Shown: positions 13,335-27,515 of the stretch, one piece after another | Position numbering within the stretch: position 1 is the first letter of the stretch | Layout: every line of letters starts with the position of its first letter | Assembly: GCF_006345805.1 (NCBI RefSeq) | Contig: NC_043001.1 | Coordinates: 6,014,001-6,078,000, forward strand | Length of the DNA stretch: 64,000 nt | Direction: 5' to 3' | Source of the DNA: Octopus sinensis | Taxonomy: Eukaryota | Notes under the pieces: generated by a model | Told to the model about the DNA's origin: nothing | The model's input: the letters and a program-made list of their open reading frames with translations, nothing else | Database searches by the model: none | Translations under genes and position numbers: made by a program

Positions 13335-13645
13335 AACAATATGTGGTTAGCCATATGCTAGAAGTAGATCACCTGCGATCAAACTACAAAGAAAAGAATG
13401 TTCTCTAGAGAAAAATTCAGGGGACACCAGAACAATATGCGGGCAAGACAGATGAAAATTATATAAAAAACAAGAATTAATCGCAGACCTAGGTTTCGCC
13501 AATTAACGAATGAATCACTTACGCAATCGTAATCGTCCGTAGGGCTCGTCAGTACGATCGTTCCACAGGTAATATAATTTGTAAAACTAACCACCAGTTT
13601 TCCGTATAAAAAACAGACACGTGCTTAGTTTCACCGATTACATTG
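13335..13645 (-). mobile_element. Family E HHR element (copy E1)
   Basis: Colinear with 45158-45490 but clearly diverged; (TA)n tracts on both sides. Confidence 0.75.
13480..13558 (-). ncRNA. Minimal type-I hammerhead ribozyme (family E)
   Basis: Minus strand ATCGTA-CTGACGA-GCC...GGC-GAAA-C(CTAG)G-TC-TGCGAT: canonical core, GUC triplet, palindromic ACCTAGGT, 6-bp stem I with one G-U. Confidence 0.88.
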
Positions 13646-13681
13646 TTTCCGGAATTTTACTGCAGATTTTGTTTCCGATGC

Positions 13682-13829
<148 letters not shown>

Positions 13830-14360
13830 GTGTGTGAGTGTGTATTTATATATAAATGTATATATATATATATATAAACATATGAATGTGTATGTTCTGT
13901 ATAAAAATGCGTATATATGGATGTACAGCTGTCTATATATCTATTTATCTATCTTCTGATCTCACTCTCTCTTTCTGTCTCTCTATTTCTGTCTCTCTCT
14001 TTCTCTCTATATGGAACCATTTTGTACCAACATAACCACATCAAAATTCTCATTTCTTTCTTCTTGATCGCGTGAATTCTCCTCAACACCAATAACTTCG
14101 CTTCTTGTATACACACATGTTAATGTGAAACGTATATTTCTCTGGTTATATATATCAATGAAACATGTTTATGTGACCTTGTTTCTCTGCGTGTCTATAT
14201 GTTTGTACATGTGCGCTTTTTATACGTGTATATATGTGTACTTACATCTCACTATATATGTGTTTATGTATGGATATATGTATTTGTGTGTGTATGTGTG
14301 TGTCTATAAATGTTCTAATATCTACACAGCCTTGTTTTTTTATCTCATTACGCAAAAAAT

Positions 14361-14396
<36 letters not shown>

Positions 14397-14401
<5 letters not shown>

Positions 14402-14604
14402 AATGTGACCGCGTGTGTACCGTTGGCGATTTTTTCCTCCGTCTTCCTTTCTTTGGATCTTTCCTTTTCCTATGTTTCTGACGAAGAGCTCCGGTCGAAA
14501 CATTAAACTCTCCTTCTTTCCTTCTTTCCTGAGCGTCCAATAATACTATATTTGTTCCACGTCCTCACGTTGTTGTGTTTTTTTGTGCTTTCTTCTTTGG
14601 ATTA

Positions 14605-14608
<4 letters not shown>
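14397..14608 (+). mobile_element. Family B HHR element (copy B2)
   Basis: HHR motif at 14474-14508 GTTT-CTGACGA-A-GAGC(TCC)GGTC-GAAA-CA-TT-AAAC; (TA)n on both sides. Confidence 0.75.
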
Positions 14609-14646
<38 letters not shown>

Positions 14647-14714
14647 CGCATGCATGTATGTATAATGGACTCTCCTGTCGGTTTTTCATGTATGAAACGC
14701 CAATGTACTCTTTC

Positions 14715-15392
14715 TTTTGCCAGTCATAATGCTTGTGCCGAAAGTGACATTTAAGTCCTAGAAGCGATTTGCAAAGAAGGCCACAGATGTTGCAAGTATG
14801 AAGATTACAAATCAGTGCAGGTGGTATATTTGCAGCCGCTCTTTTTCCTTTGCCTTGCACACCGAAGCCAGTTAATGCTGGTTGCAACAAAAAAATTTAA
14901 TACCATTTCCACACAACGATCTTCATATTGTTCGAAAGTTGTTCGCTCAAATGTGTTGTTAGCTATCTTCATTTCTAAGAGGTTACTTTTCAGCTTCTCC
15001 TTATATCTATGTCAAGGTCGCCCAACATTCCTGTGTCCACTTCCACACTGACTGTTGACTTTGGGTATTATTTCGTCTGTAATTATGATGAAATGGCCAA
15101 CCCGGTAAAATCGTGATTGCATAAGGAAACTCTCCATTCCATCAGTCTTACTCTTGCTAAACAAAGCTGCATTAGAAGGTCTTTCTTTTCGCGAATAACT
15201 ACAGATTGTCACCAAGGCATAGGAGTGGCTGTGTCGTAAGTAGATTGCTTACCAACCACATGGTTCCGGGTTCAGTTCAACTGCGTGGCACCTTGGACAA
15301 GTGTCTTCTACTATAGTTCCGAGCCGACCAAAGCCTTGTGAGTGGATTTGGTAGACGGAAACTGAAAGAAGCCCGTCGTATATATGTGTATA

Positions 15393-15431
<39 letters not shown>

Positions 15432-15443
15432 TATATATATATA

Positions 15444-15481
<38 letters not shown>

Positions 15482-17262
15482 GCTTATGTGTTTCTCTCCC
15501 CAACATCGCCTGACAACCAATGCTGGTGTGTTTACGTCCTCGTAAATTAGCGGTTCGGCAAAAGAGACCGATAGAATAAGTACTAGGCTTACAAAGAATA
15601 GGTCCTGGGGTCGAGTTGCTCTACTAAAGGCGTTGATCCAGCAGGGCCACACTCAAATGACTGAAACAAGTAAAAGTAAAAGAGACTGTCTATGTGAAAG
15701 ATATCTAGTTGGTTCCTCTCTCGTCCACGATTCTGGGCCAATGGATGCTTTGTTGCGCTGTACTTTGGGGTCAAGGCTGATGCTCCTTTTGTTCCATAGG
15801 CGATGAGGGAGTTTGCCTAAGTTACCCCACCGAACGCGACAACCGTTTTTATTCCCAGACGCATGGGAATTATAACTTTCAACATCTCGTCAGGTATCCG
15901 AAGCTTTTTCAGAGCCCTCTTTAATGCTTGCCGGTTACGAGTGTCACCAAAGACATAGTTTAGTCTCACTGAAAAACAGAGTGCAGACGAAATTGGGGCC
16001 ATAACACAACCTTGCTTTGTGCGGTTTGTAACGTCGATGGATGCATAAGAAACCCCACCGGATACGACAACAACTTTCATTCCCTCACGAAAGGAAATGA
16101 TAAAATTCAACATCCCGACAGGTACACCAAGTGTTTTTGGTGTACTAGAAGTAATAGATGTGACACTGTGCTCTTGAGGCCCAGACACTTACTTGAGGTC
16201 ATCATAAAAGGTTGTTAAATCCTTTCTGTCTGCAGCTTCTTGGAGATGAGTTCGCCTCGAAAGACCACCAATCCCCCTTCACGTGTCTCAGAGCACGTTA
16301 GAGCTGGTCTCTACATTTCTTTCAGGCATTCTAATTTCTGGATGAGCTCTTATCATTTATCCTTGTTTTGTGACAACTGAGCATCTTATCTATCAGCTGT
16401 TGGACATCTGTGTAGTTATCTTTGAACCAATTTTGATGTTTACGAACAAGAATTCCGAAAACCTCTACAAATGCATATTGCGTTGCATTAACCGGTGCCT
16501 TCCAAGATGATTCTATGCCATCATTGATATCCACAGAATTGAATGCAGTGCCCGACTTGATACAGAGCTCAGCCTTCTCTTAAACCGTTTTCAAAGGCAG
16601 AACATTAATGTGCTAAGGCACAGACGACATTTGTAATCTTGTTTGTTTCAGCTGGAACGTACCATTTCTACAGAAAGCCAATGATAAGAGAGATAGCAGC
16701 AGTTACGGAAAGGAACGTGTAATGTTAAAGTCCATAATATATCGTTCCTTAATGATGACGTAGTCTATGAGATGCCAATCCTCAGATCTAAGATTCATCC
16801 AAAGCGTTTTTGCAAACCTTTCCCTGTTGAAAAAATGTATCTGTGATGCTTAGACTGAATTTCCTGTAGGTGCAGAGCACATGCAAACCGATGGAGTTCA
16901 TTCGACCTACACGATGACGACCAAGAACATCCTCCCATGCCTGATAGTCAGTACCAACGCGAGCGATAAAGTCGCCTATAAAACAAGTTTATCCCTATGG
17001 AAACCACTGGAGATGACATCGCGGAGTTGGCTCTAAATTTCGTCCTTTTCCTGCTTGTTGTTGGCCATGGTTGGGGGCATAGCAACTGACAGGCGTTCAC
17101 ACGCATGTTTTGACAAAGTTCCAAAGATACTGTCATGATGCGATCAGGAATACATTTGGGTAGGGAAATAAGTGATCAAGCTGTTTCTGTTTTGATGTTA
17201 AAACCAACAGCAGTTTCTTCAACACCTGGAAAATGTGTATCCACCTTTACTTTCGTCTCACT
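14715..17262 (-). mobile_element. Decayed RTE-clade LINE (APE endonuclease, RT, C-terminal Cys motif), split by an S1 SINE
   Basis: Minus-strand translations: VGFNIK...LPKCIPDRIM (APE), RKHQNWF, VTNRTKQGCVMAP (RT), VGH...IPK...GRP*HRYKEKLK, CNICGLLCKSLLGLKCHFRH; many stops and deletions. Confidence 0.85.
15216..15684 (+). mobile_element. SINE family S1 inserted into the RTE LINE
   Basis: Full S1 structure; RTE reading resumes on both sides (FHIDSL / LVTIC). Confidence 0.9.
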
Positions 17263-17274
17263 CTGATGATATAT

Positions 17275-17317
<43 letters not shown>

Positions 17318-18702
17318 ACATATATATAAATGTGTGTGTATGTGTGTATGTATGTTTGCACGTAGTTATTCATACGCAATGCAGATATATATAGAAAAAT
17401 ATATCCAGTGTTCTGAGATGAGATATTGCAACAATGGTAGAAGGATGTATTAATATTTGTAGATTGTATCTATATTTCTTTCGTTATATTTAGAGATAAT
17501 CCAATGGTTTTCAATGTCTTTGCTTTCTGGAGATGGAAACAAAAGAACAAAACTGAGCATGATTTAGCTGGGGAATTTAAATATAGATTTGAGAATTCTT
17601 TGAAATAATATTCGAGCAAGCTTGAAGGAAGAAAGTAAGTCTTTGTGTTAAATCGTTTGTGCATCTCACTCGAAATATTGACTGTGGAGAATAGATATCT
17701 TTCCACGAAAGCTTAGGCTTTAATAAGGAAGATATCTTCTGTCGCACTTCTGTAATCATACACAGGGATATGGAATTATAGAGCGACATTTCCTAGTCTT
17801 ATTAAAAATAGTTCCGTATAAAGTGCTCTGTCAACAGAGGAAACATTTAGTAATATTTCGGAAGGAGATCATAAGTAAGCTGAATTAATGAAGACATGGA
17901 ACAATAGACTGAAGCTTAATATTATATAGGATAAAGAAAAGTTCCTGTCGAGAGTAACAAATATGCATTTCAGACAAGGTCTCTGTCTGTAATATATATT
18001 ACTCAGTCGTGCACAATGGAGACAAGTTGTCTAAGAGAGATGTCATTATGTAGGGTGAAGCACATGTATTATCAACATATTAGATGGGTGTATCTATGGT
18101 TATATTGTAATTTTCCTTTTGTTACATTGAATTTGACAACCTCCAAACATATACACTTGCAACAAAATACAATATTTATGAATATTTAAGCATATATTTA
18201 ATAACTTCTAGTTTATTCTGCATTTGGAGATTGTAAACTGGTGAAGATTCAACCGGATATCCTCTGCTTGGACATCCATTCTGTACCAAACAAGAGACAC
18301 ACTTCATTCAAGCCACGCCATAAAATGTAAATAAATTTTGATAATTCAAAGCCAGGAACATTTACTTTGAAGTATAGGATGAAGAGTCAGTTTTATGGCG
18401 TGAGAATTTAATTACTCGGAGGAGTACTAAAGAACCACCTACGTAATTGGGAATGAATGCAAATCACATGAGAAACTTTTCTAACTTTTACATTTTATCT
18501 CTAGTTTTATTTATACATTTTTACATTTTATTCATTAAAACTTTTACGTTTTATTTATACATCCAATATATTTGACTTTCAATTTCGGTGTGTATAAAAC
18601 CCAGGAATCATTTTTTAATGCAACAGAGATATTGAATGGCGCTTGTGTCATTTAATCTGAATGCGAATATTTCATTTACATTTTTCTCTCACACAATCTG
18701 TC

Positions 18703-18747
<45 letters not shown>

Positions 18748-19730
18748 ATACATTGCAGAAGTGTTCAAGTAGATATACAGACGTGTAAATATAAATCATT
18801 CTCTGTGTGGAGGAACAAATATACAGGTGTTTAACGAACAATATATAAGACATGATGTAATACATGTGACTCCAGAAAACGTTTGTCTCTTTTCTAAATG
18901 GTTTCTGACACGCACATGCATCACATCTCCAACACTAAATTATTTTCTACATGAACCAAATATAACCTACGCTTACAGTCTTACATGAAATCGCGAGCTT
19001 TTTGTAGCACATTCTTCTACGAGCATAGCGGAAGTAACTCTAGTTGTCTTCTTTCAATTCTTCTTCCGAGTCTATTCGTGCTTTGTCTTCTCATTCCCTC
19101 TTTTCTATCAGCCTTCCTCTCGCTTATTCTCGGGAGTTCACCTCAAGAAAAGCAATCCTTCATATATTCGTTGACGATGGCCACGTGATGAGTTAAGGGA
19201 AGCTTTGGTTGGCCACCTGCATTTTTCTTGTGTTGAGGTGATATGGCACCTGCCCGAAAATATCAAGTCAAAACGTTTGTGCAGTGGTTATGCCATATGA
19301 CATTTAGATCAATAGCGATGATTGACATGCGTGTGTGCTTGCGGCATTGTGTACCTTAGCACAGAGACACAACGAAACAGGTAAAACAGCCCTGGATCCG
19401 GACATGATTATCACAATACATGACTATGACTCTAATTGTAATATGACATCTGTTGGACGAAAGCCCTGTGATGACCTTCTCGGGCGGCTGTAGCATCACA
19501 TTTATACATGAATGTAGAAGAAAATATTCCGAAATGATCCCTTACATCAATATCTGACTGTCCACAAGCAAACACTTGACTGCTTTCGGAGCAACATTTT
19601 TTGTATAATCTTTATATAAGAACAAAAGGTTTCAAAACAACGTTAAAAGAAGACACGATTTACGATCTAGTTTCATTTAACGTACACTTACGAAAATCAA
19701 TTTTGAAACCGGTTACATTTATATGTATGC

Positions 19731-19765
<35 letters not shown>

Positions 19766-20649
19766 ATATATATGTTTGAAATTTGCACAGAAACCAGAAG
19801 ACGAAGACAGGTGTATAAACAAACATGTGTATTAGTTTACCGCCAGGGAAGGTGAAAATCTCTTCAATGTTTCTAGTTTACGCTCTTCAACAGAAAGGGT
19901 ACACGAGGAAATAAACAGAGAAAATTTTTTAAATCTTTTGTAGCTAGCGATCAATCATGGTACATGTGTGTGTGTGCGCGCGCGTCTGTTTGTCTGTATG
20001 TGTGCGTATGCATATGTGTCTATAGGCATTGTGTATTCCATTTTGAAAATCTATGGGAACTATTCTAAAGCAAAATAGTGAATATACGAAATAATCAATT
20101 ACACAAGCCAAACTTCTAAAAGTCTGTTTCCCTCATTATAGAACTTGTCTTTTACTATTTTATTACCGCAGAGGATGTATCAGTGTAGTGTTTGGCTGGG
20201 CATATGTGTCTGAGAGACTAATATACAAAGATTTATAAAGGATTGAGATGCTATGAAGATCAAGATTAGTCTGCCAATTGGCTAGTAAATAAGCATTGAA
20301 TTATTGGAGTTGTAAAAAGATGGAGATATTAGTATTAAGATGGATAAAGCATAGATTGCAACCAAGAAAACAAACCAGACAGAGCAGAAGTATTTGAGAA
20401 TAAATACATAAAACGTCCTGTCAACATCATTAGATTAATGCAGATTTTTATGCAAAGGTCCGACAGTAAAAGAGAAGAGCGGGGATGAATACTATATGAA
20501 AGCATAAATAACATCAAACTGCAAGAAGACACATAAATCAATATATGGTTTAAAGCATGAATAGTTGTAAAGTTTATAATCGTATGGTTGCTAGAAACAG
20601 CACCACGCAGTGGGGTATCTCTAAGCGGTAGTTTGCCTATAGTAATCGC

Positions 20650-20682
<33 letters not shown>

Positions 20683-20702
20683 ATATATATATTATATATA
20701 TA

Positions 20703-21114
20703 ATGTGAAATAGAAGATGAATAATCTTGTTGTAGATTAATCAAAAGTTAACCGATACCTTAGTAGCAAAAATCACAGCAGTAAACAGCACGGTTGGAGG
20801 TACAACCATCTGGCGTTGCACCGTGCGTTGTGCGGATAATTGAAATTAAAACATTATTGGTGAATTGAAGAAATGGAGCTGAACGCAGATTGACAGAAAT
20901 CGTTTTATTTCATTTACACGTGTTTCGAAAGGCACAAATTACCAAAATCCGATTGAATAATGGGACCATATTGTGAAGAGAAAGACACAATATGGTCCCA
21001 TTATTCAATCGGATTTTGGTAATTTGTGCCTTTCGAAACACGTGTAGAATGAAATAAAACGATTTCTGTTCAATCTGCGTTCAGCTCCATTTCTTCAATT
21101 CACCAATAATGTTT
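20703..21114 (-). mobile_element. Family D element with fold-back (copy D1); both HHR halves incomplete
   Basis: Inverted repeat 20848-20975 / 20986-21114 with 10-nt loop; homologous to 39498-39869 and 46742-47116; (TA)n flanks. Confidence 0.85.
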
Positions 21115-21532
21115 TATATATATATATATATATATACATACATGCATACATACATACATACATACATACATACAGAGAGAGAGCGAGAGAAATGTATATG
21201 TATAAATATATATGTAAAAATGAATGTGCATATATATATGTATATATATACACATATACATATATATACATATACATACATACATATATCTATATATACA
21301 TATATATAGACGAAAAGAAAGTGGAGGAAAAAAATAAAATCTTCTATATATACATTAAACTACGGTTTACCTCTTAAATTTCCTGCTGCCATAAACCTTA
21401 TAGCAAGGATCATACTGAGATAATTACTAGGTGTACCTCCGGATTTTTCTCTTCCTTAGAAGGCCTAACACCTCTAATTTATACCTTATATACACACACA
21501 CACAAGTACACACACACACACACCACACACAC

Positions 21533-21591
<59 letters not shown>

Positions 21592-21639
21592 ATATATATA
21601 TAACTACATCTTCCCTGAGCTTCCAGCACGGCCTTCATG

Positions 21640-22560
21640 ACGTGTCCGAAGCATCGGTCAAGATTCATGTGTTAATTACTGTGTCGCGACGAAAATCTTC
21701 AAATTACTACTTTTGCAAGGTGGCTGATTTTTTTATCAACCGCATGCCGGTATCGGAGGAATTAATAAGGCGATTAATGTGGCTGGTGAAGTCATTAACA
21801 AACTCTCACAACGAATTCTAATCTTTTGAGGATGTATTCAAGGAACCCAGATCCTATAACTACCGTGGCTGTCAAGCAGCAACATTTTTCACCTTGGTTT
21901 CGAATATGGCCTCCAGCAGTTTCACATGGCTCTCACAAAAATGCTCTGTTCCAATATGAGTGGTTATGGCATCGAAAAAGTTACATCCAAAAACATATGG
22001 TTTTGGGTACCATGGGATTCTTGATGCCTATGTCAGATCGCATAGTCTTTACAGTGTTCCTTATATTTTGATCAGCAGTCATGCTATGATTAGTTTGATC
22101 TTTGTACCAATCATATTGATATAGGCAACTTATATGGAATATTCAGATATTTCAGCCCATCGTGTCTATTATTTTTTACTAAACTTCCAATTCAATCTTC
22201 ATATTCTCGAAAGATTTGTCTCATCACGAATTCAGCAAGGTGTTCTTGAAGAAGAAAGCATGAAATATCTTGAATGAATGAATTAAGGAGGGTGAGGCTA
22301 GGGGGAGAAAATCACAGCGAAGAGTTATTCAAATGAGATATTTTTTGTGATGCAATATATATTTTTCGATTGCAAATACTTTTCCTCTCATACTTTCGTG
22401 TAAGCCCTTAAAATTTTGATAGAAAATAAAATATACCGAGATCATTCAGAGAGCGCAAAACCAGCCAAAGCAACACCAACGTCCTCTCAGAGATTAGCCA
22501 GAGATGATTTTGAAAATGAGAATATCGTAAATCAACTCGACTGCTCTCACAAATGAGAAT
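21640..22560 (+). pseudogene. Tentative class-A (rhodopsin-like) GPCR pseudogene
   Basis: Ordered motifs: VLITVSRRKSSNYYFCKVADFF (TM1-ICL1-TM2), GCQAATFFTLVSNMASS (TM3, same frame), LYGIFRYFSPSCLLFF (TM5), open polar C-tail to 22558; stops and frameshifts, TM6 not found. Confidence 0.4.
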
Positions 22561-22564
22561 ACTA

Positions 22565-22806
22565 AAAATGATCCCGACCGATATCAAAATTTAAGTTAAA
22601 ATAAAACAGGGGTTATCACCCAGAATCCTTATCCTGTGCTTGATCGATCCCAATATGTAAATAGTTTGTGCCGTTTACGAGACCAAATATCCCTGAAAGT
22701 TTCATCCGAATCCATCCAGTGGTTCTTGAGATATCTTGTCCACGGTCAAACAAACAAGCAGACACGACTGAAACAATGCATCTGTTTTCGCTAAGGTGGA
22801 GGTAAT
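22565..22806. mobile_element. Possible non-autonomous Helentron-like (HINE-type) fragment
   Basis: GAAAGTTTCATCCGAATCCATCCAGTGGTTCTTGAGATATC...CAAACAAACAAGCAGACAC...GGTGGAGGTAAT resembles such elements; recognised from memory only. Confidence 0.35.
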
Positions 22807-22984
22807 TATCATATATAGCGCTGGTGTGGCTGCGTGGTAAGGAATTTGATTCCCAATGACACGAGCCTACCAAGGGCTTGGAAGTAGATTTGGCAGAGAG
22901 TGAATGGAAGAAATCCGGCCTATATGTGTCCGCACGCACACACAATTATGCATGTGTTTGTGTGAGTGTGCGCGCGGGCACCCT

Positions 22985-23345
22985 TGTGTTTGCCAGGGCA
23001 GCGGATTTGCGGTCGGGAGATCGCGGTTTCAATTCCCACACCGGGCTTTGTAAGTGCTGACTGAGCGAAAACACGTAAAGCTCCACAAGGCTCCGGCGGG
23101 GGCTGGTGGCAAATCATGTTGTACACTTTGACCATAACTTTCTCTCACTCATTGATTCCGTTGTACCTGTACTTCAGAGAGCCAGTCTTGTCATACACTG
23201 TGTCACGTTGAACCTCCCCGAGAACTACGTTAAGGGTACACCAGTCTGTGGAACGCTCAACTATTTGCACGTTAGCTTCACGAGCACGCACTTCCATTGA
23301 GTGGATAAACTGGAACCCTCACCGTCGTAACCGACAGAGTGCCGA
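22985..23345 (+). mobile_element. tRNA-derived SINE family S2 (degenerate)
   Basis: Colinear with 40347-40728 (GAGAACTACGTTAAGGGTACAC...CGTCGTAACCGACAGAGTGC). Confidence 0.8.
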
Positions 23346-23580
23346 CGATGTTTGTCAATAACTCATAGACTATTCCTATTAAAAATATTGCTTCATCATA
23401 ACTACTTATTCGTTGAAAAGGTGGGGGGTGTATCTATATCATTATATTTTACGCATGCATGGGCGTAAATATAGATATACGAGTAAATATATAGGAAGAA
23501 ACTACTGATCAGGCATACATAGATATACATGTATGTGTCTGTATATATACATATGTATATATGTGTGTGTGTGAGTGTGC

Positions 23581-23618
<38 letters not shown>

Positions 23619-25060
23619 TATATATATATACATACATACATTAATATACCGAGGTATGTGTATGAGTATGTGTGGAGATATAGATGATATTTAACGACAG
23701 ACTAGAGCTAGACGTATTATGTTACTGCTCATATAATTCAATAGTCAAAGCTCTATTGTATTTATATGTCACGAAGTTTATATTTGAATATGATAAACAA
23801 AGGTCAGTTTGAAATGTCAAACAATTTCCATAAACTTTATACATGCATACCTCAAACTACTCTCTAACTGTCTGAAGTTTATTGTAAAATGTATTAGACA
23901 GTATGAATAATGTAGCGAGTATCCCTCGAAATATCATATTTCCCATCAGAAAATTTCCATTTCAAAATGTATCATAGCAAAGGATCCTCTTCGGTGCCAA
24001 AGAATTAAGTAATTCACCGAGAGCAGGTAAAACTTTTTAACGCTAGGGAGAAGTACAAAATCCTTAATTGTATTCTATAGCCAAATCCACCGGAGCCTGA
24101 ACACCCTAAATAACTTGATGACGACAATCCTGAAAACTCGGTATGAATCATTCGTCTTACGAACAGATCTTTTTTATTCTACATCTTTGAAAGAACCTAC
24201 CGTTGACTCTTTCGATTCGATCCTGGGTGGTTTTGTGCAGTATATACACAAGAATTCTCATCTAACTTTCTTTCTGGATTCTTGTCATGCATCCATAAGC
24301 GCCAAAATCAATTCTAGTAATAGCAAAATTTTTCCCTTAGATGTTGACTTGTAAACTTCACACTGATTTGTTACGGACTAGAGTAGTTTTTATTCAGATC
24401 GTATGCAAAAGTGTGATATGTCCTTCAGCGTAGATGTCGATATAGAAAGATTCTACAACACAACTTTTAAGAGGAAGGAATTCCTCGGGCTTGCAATTTA
24501 AACCAATTACTGATCTAAAGCAGAAACGCAATAAATATTTCGATGTAAATCATGCTTCTGTTGCGCAAAACGATTTTTGCTCAAACGGTCGGTTACCTGG
24601 AACAAACAGTATTTCCAATAGCAGTGACGAAAAATGGTCATTTTTAGAGCGTGGTTGGTAGTGAACTCGTGATACCGTTAGACATCAACGGGCGTCGGAA
24701 TGTGTATCTTACATAAACATTATATTTCTCTGAAGCAAGAAATCAAGCAGAAAATGTGTAACTGATATATTTGTGACAGCAGATTCACAACTAGTTTATT
24801 TAGGGCTGGCATCATGACCGGAATATCGATCGACCCATTGCCGGTCCGACCGGCGCATTGTGTCCGTGAGTGTATTTTTTTGTCTTTGGTTAAACCAGTT
24901 TACTTACTTGAAAATGTTTACCGAGTGACTACTAGTGCAACTCTCTCTCTCTCTCTTTCTCTCTGTCTGTCTCTCTCTCTCTCACTCTCTCTCGTTGTCC
25001 TGCTCCTTCACACATTCTGTGTCTGTTTGTCTCTTTCACTCTCTTTTATCTCTCGCACTT

Positions 25061-25103
<43 letters not shown>

Positions 25104-27410
25104 TCCTCTCTCACTTAATAAAAGTTTTCGATATTCAACAAGGCTATCGATGGAAAGACTGATGTTGTTTCATTATCTTCTCTGAACTCGGCAAGAAAGC
25201 CAAACCAGCCTATAAGAGCATCGGGGAAAACTATCAGGCCACTCTTGCCCACAACTGTAAGCTAGAATTTTAGCTAAATTCCTGAACTTTCAAATATCAT
25301 AAAATATATATAATAAAACATGGATAAAGATCTTACCCTAGACGTATAGACTCAGAACGCCTGTGTCCCGGTTTCTGATGAACGCTGGTCCATCCTAGAT
25401 TTACTCAATTTTGCCAGCTGAGCGCACAAGTAACGTGAAATGCAGTGACCTGTTCAAGAACACGTTGCGTCGCTCCATATCATTTATAGGAAACGGTTGT
25501 TAGTGAAAGCAGATTTTCCTTAACGTACGACGCACAAATATTAAATATACGTTATCCTATACAATTAAAATTCCTCACTCATTCTTTGTAGAACGAAATG
25601 AGACTGCTGCGCAAAAATGATCTGATACATGTAATCAGCGCGCATTTCCTAACTGGCAAATAAATTAAACCTCACTAATAAACAGCTCTTATTGATTTCT
25701 ATATTTCACGTCGAGTTGGGATTTCAATTGCTCCTTTTGTTACTATAATTCGGTCGAAATAAAGTGTCTTTATTTCACTTCATTTTGAAGACGAAGAATT
25801 TACTAAAATAACTTTTTATCTTTAAATTGGTGTTTTGAACATAAATTAACAAGAAATTTAGATGGATGGTTTTAATTGTTGTCACTTTACAACACCAACG
25901 TAATTATTTAGATGAAGGAGCAGCCTCAAGCAGCTTGGTATCAAATGTATTAATGGGATTCACAATGGATCCTTTTCCATTTCATCTAAATTTAGAATCG
26001 TATCTATCAAAATGGTTATTTAATATCATGTGCAAAACACCATTATAACGTGCCTTATAAAGCTTCTCTGCGTCTACCGGCTACCATATGTCATAATACA
26101 TCAAGGATACCCCTACACAGAATCCCTTCCAAAATATATAATACAAGAAGATGGAATGAACTGCCTTTCGCCCAAACCAATTTTTTCCTGTGTATTTATA
26201 ACAAGCGTTAGTTGCTGAGCCTCCCATGTTATATATTTACTGTAGTGCACTCAGTACTTGATGATGTGCGCGTTCGCAGCTATTGCTGGATTATCTTTCT
26301 ATAATACGTATATAATAATAAGTGGAGTACGGAAAACTCACAACTAACTGTTGTTCCTAACTCACAGAAACAATTGCTGCCATTTGGATTGCAGCCTGTT
26401 TGTTATATTCCTATATTATAAATATTTTTGATTTAAAATATTACATATGTAATAGTTTGATATTATTGCATTGAGACGAAAGAATAAGAAAAACAAATAC
26501 AAAATGTTTCCAATAAAAACTGAAGTGACCAAAGAGACAATAAAATGAGTGATAGATTTTTCACGAGTATTGTAAATTTTTGGAAGAGTAAAAAGTTTTG
26601 GTGATCGGAGATCTTGGAAAATATGCCGTGAGTTATAAAAATGTGAATGAGATTTTGAACTGCCCCCATTATAGTTCAACTGTACATAAATTTAGATAAG
26701 ATTTAGAAAATATTTTCATTGGAATTGAAAAGAAACCAGTGTATTAATCATATATAGGTTAGAAATTTCTCAACGTTCCTAAGTCATAACAACGGCATGA
26801 TGTCTTTCTTGATAAAACATTCGGAGTGAAATGTTAAGAGTTTTAAAATTTTTGGCAGAAAAATCAAAACAAATACATAAAAAGTAAAATAAAAAATACT
26901 GTGTAAAAAATATTTTTTCTGAGTATCATTACATAACATAAAGGGTTATGTTATGAAATACTTGATATCAGTGAACTAAGATATTTAGTGATGTTGAAAT
27001 ATATTTCAATTTTGAGCACATAAGAGTGGTTTTGAAGCGTAAATCTTACACTGCATTAGTTTAAGTAGATATTTCATCTAACCAACCATTCACGAAATAA
27101 CCGGAGTATAAAAAAGCGACAGTAGATTGAAATTAAAATTAAATGATATACGGATATATGTATAAATATGTGTGCGATTCTGTTTATGTGTGCCTCAGTT
27201 TGCGCGTGTGTTCCACAGTAATTGCCTGACTCTCTATGTGTGTACAAGTGTGCGCCAGAGTATGTATCATTGCAGAATTGTATGTATTTATATAAACGCT
27301 TCTGAATACATATAAAACATACGTATTGAGATATAATTTTACGCATGCACTCATACATACGCATAGAGAATCACACACGCACACAGACATAATGTAAATG
27401 CGAGTGTCTC

Positions 27411-27453
<43 letters not shown>

Positions 27454-27477
27454 ATATACACACATATACATATATAT

Positions 27478-27515
<38 letters not shown>

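Noticed and set aside
19230-19500. Possible RTE 3' remnant
   Set aside because: Only scattered residues match; too degenerate to support
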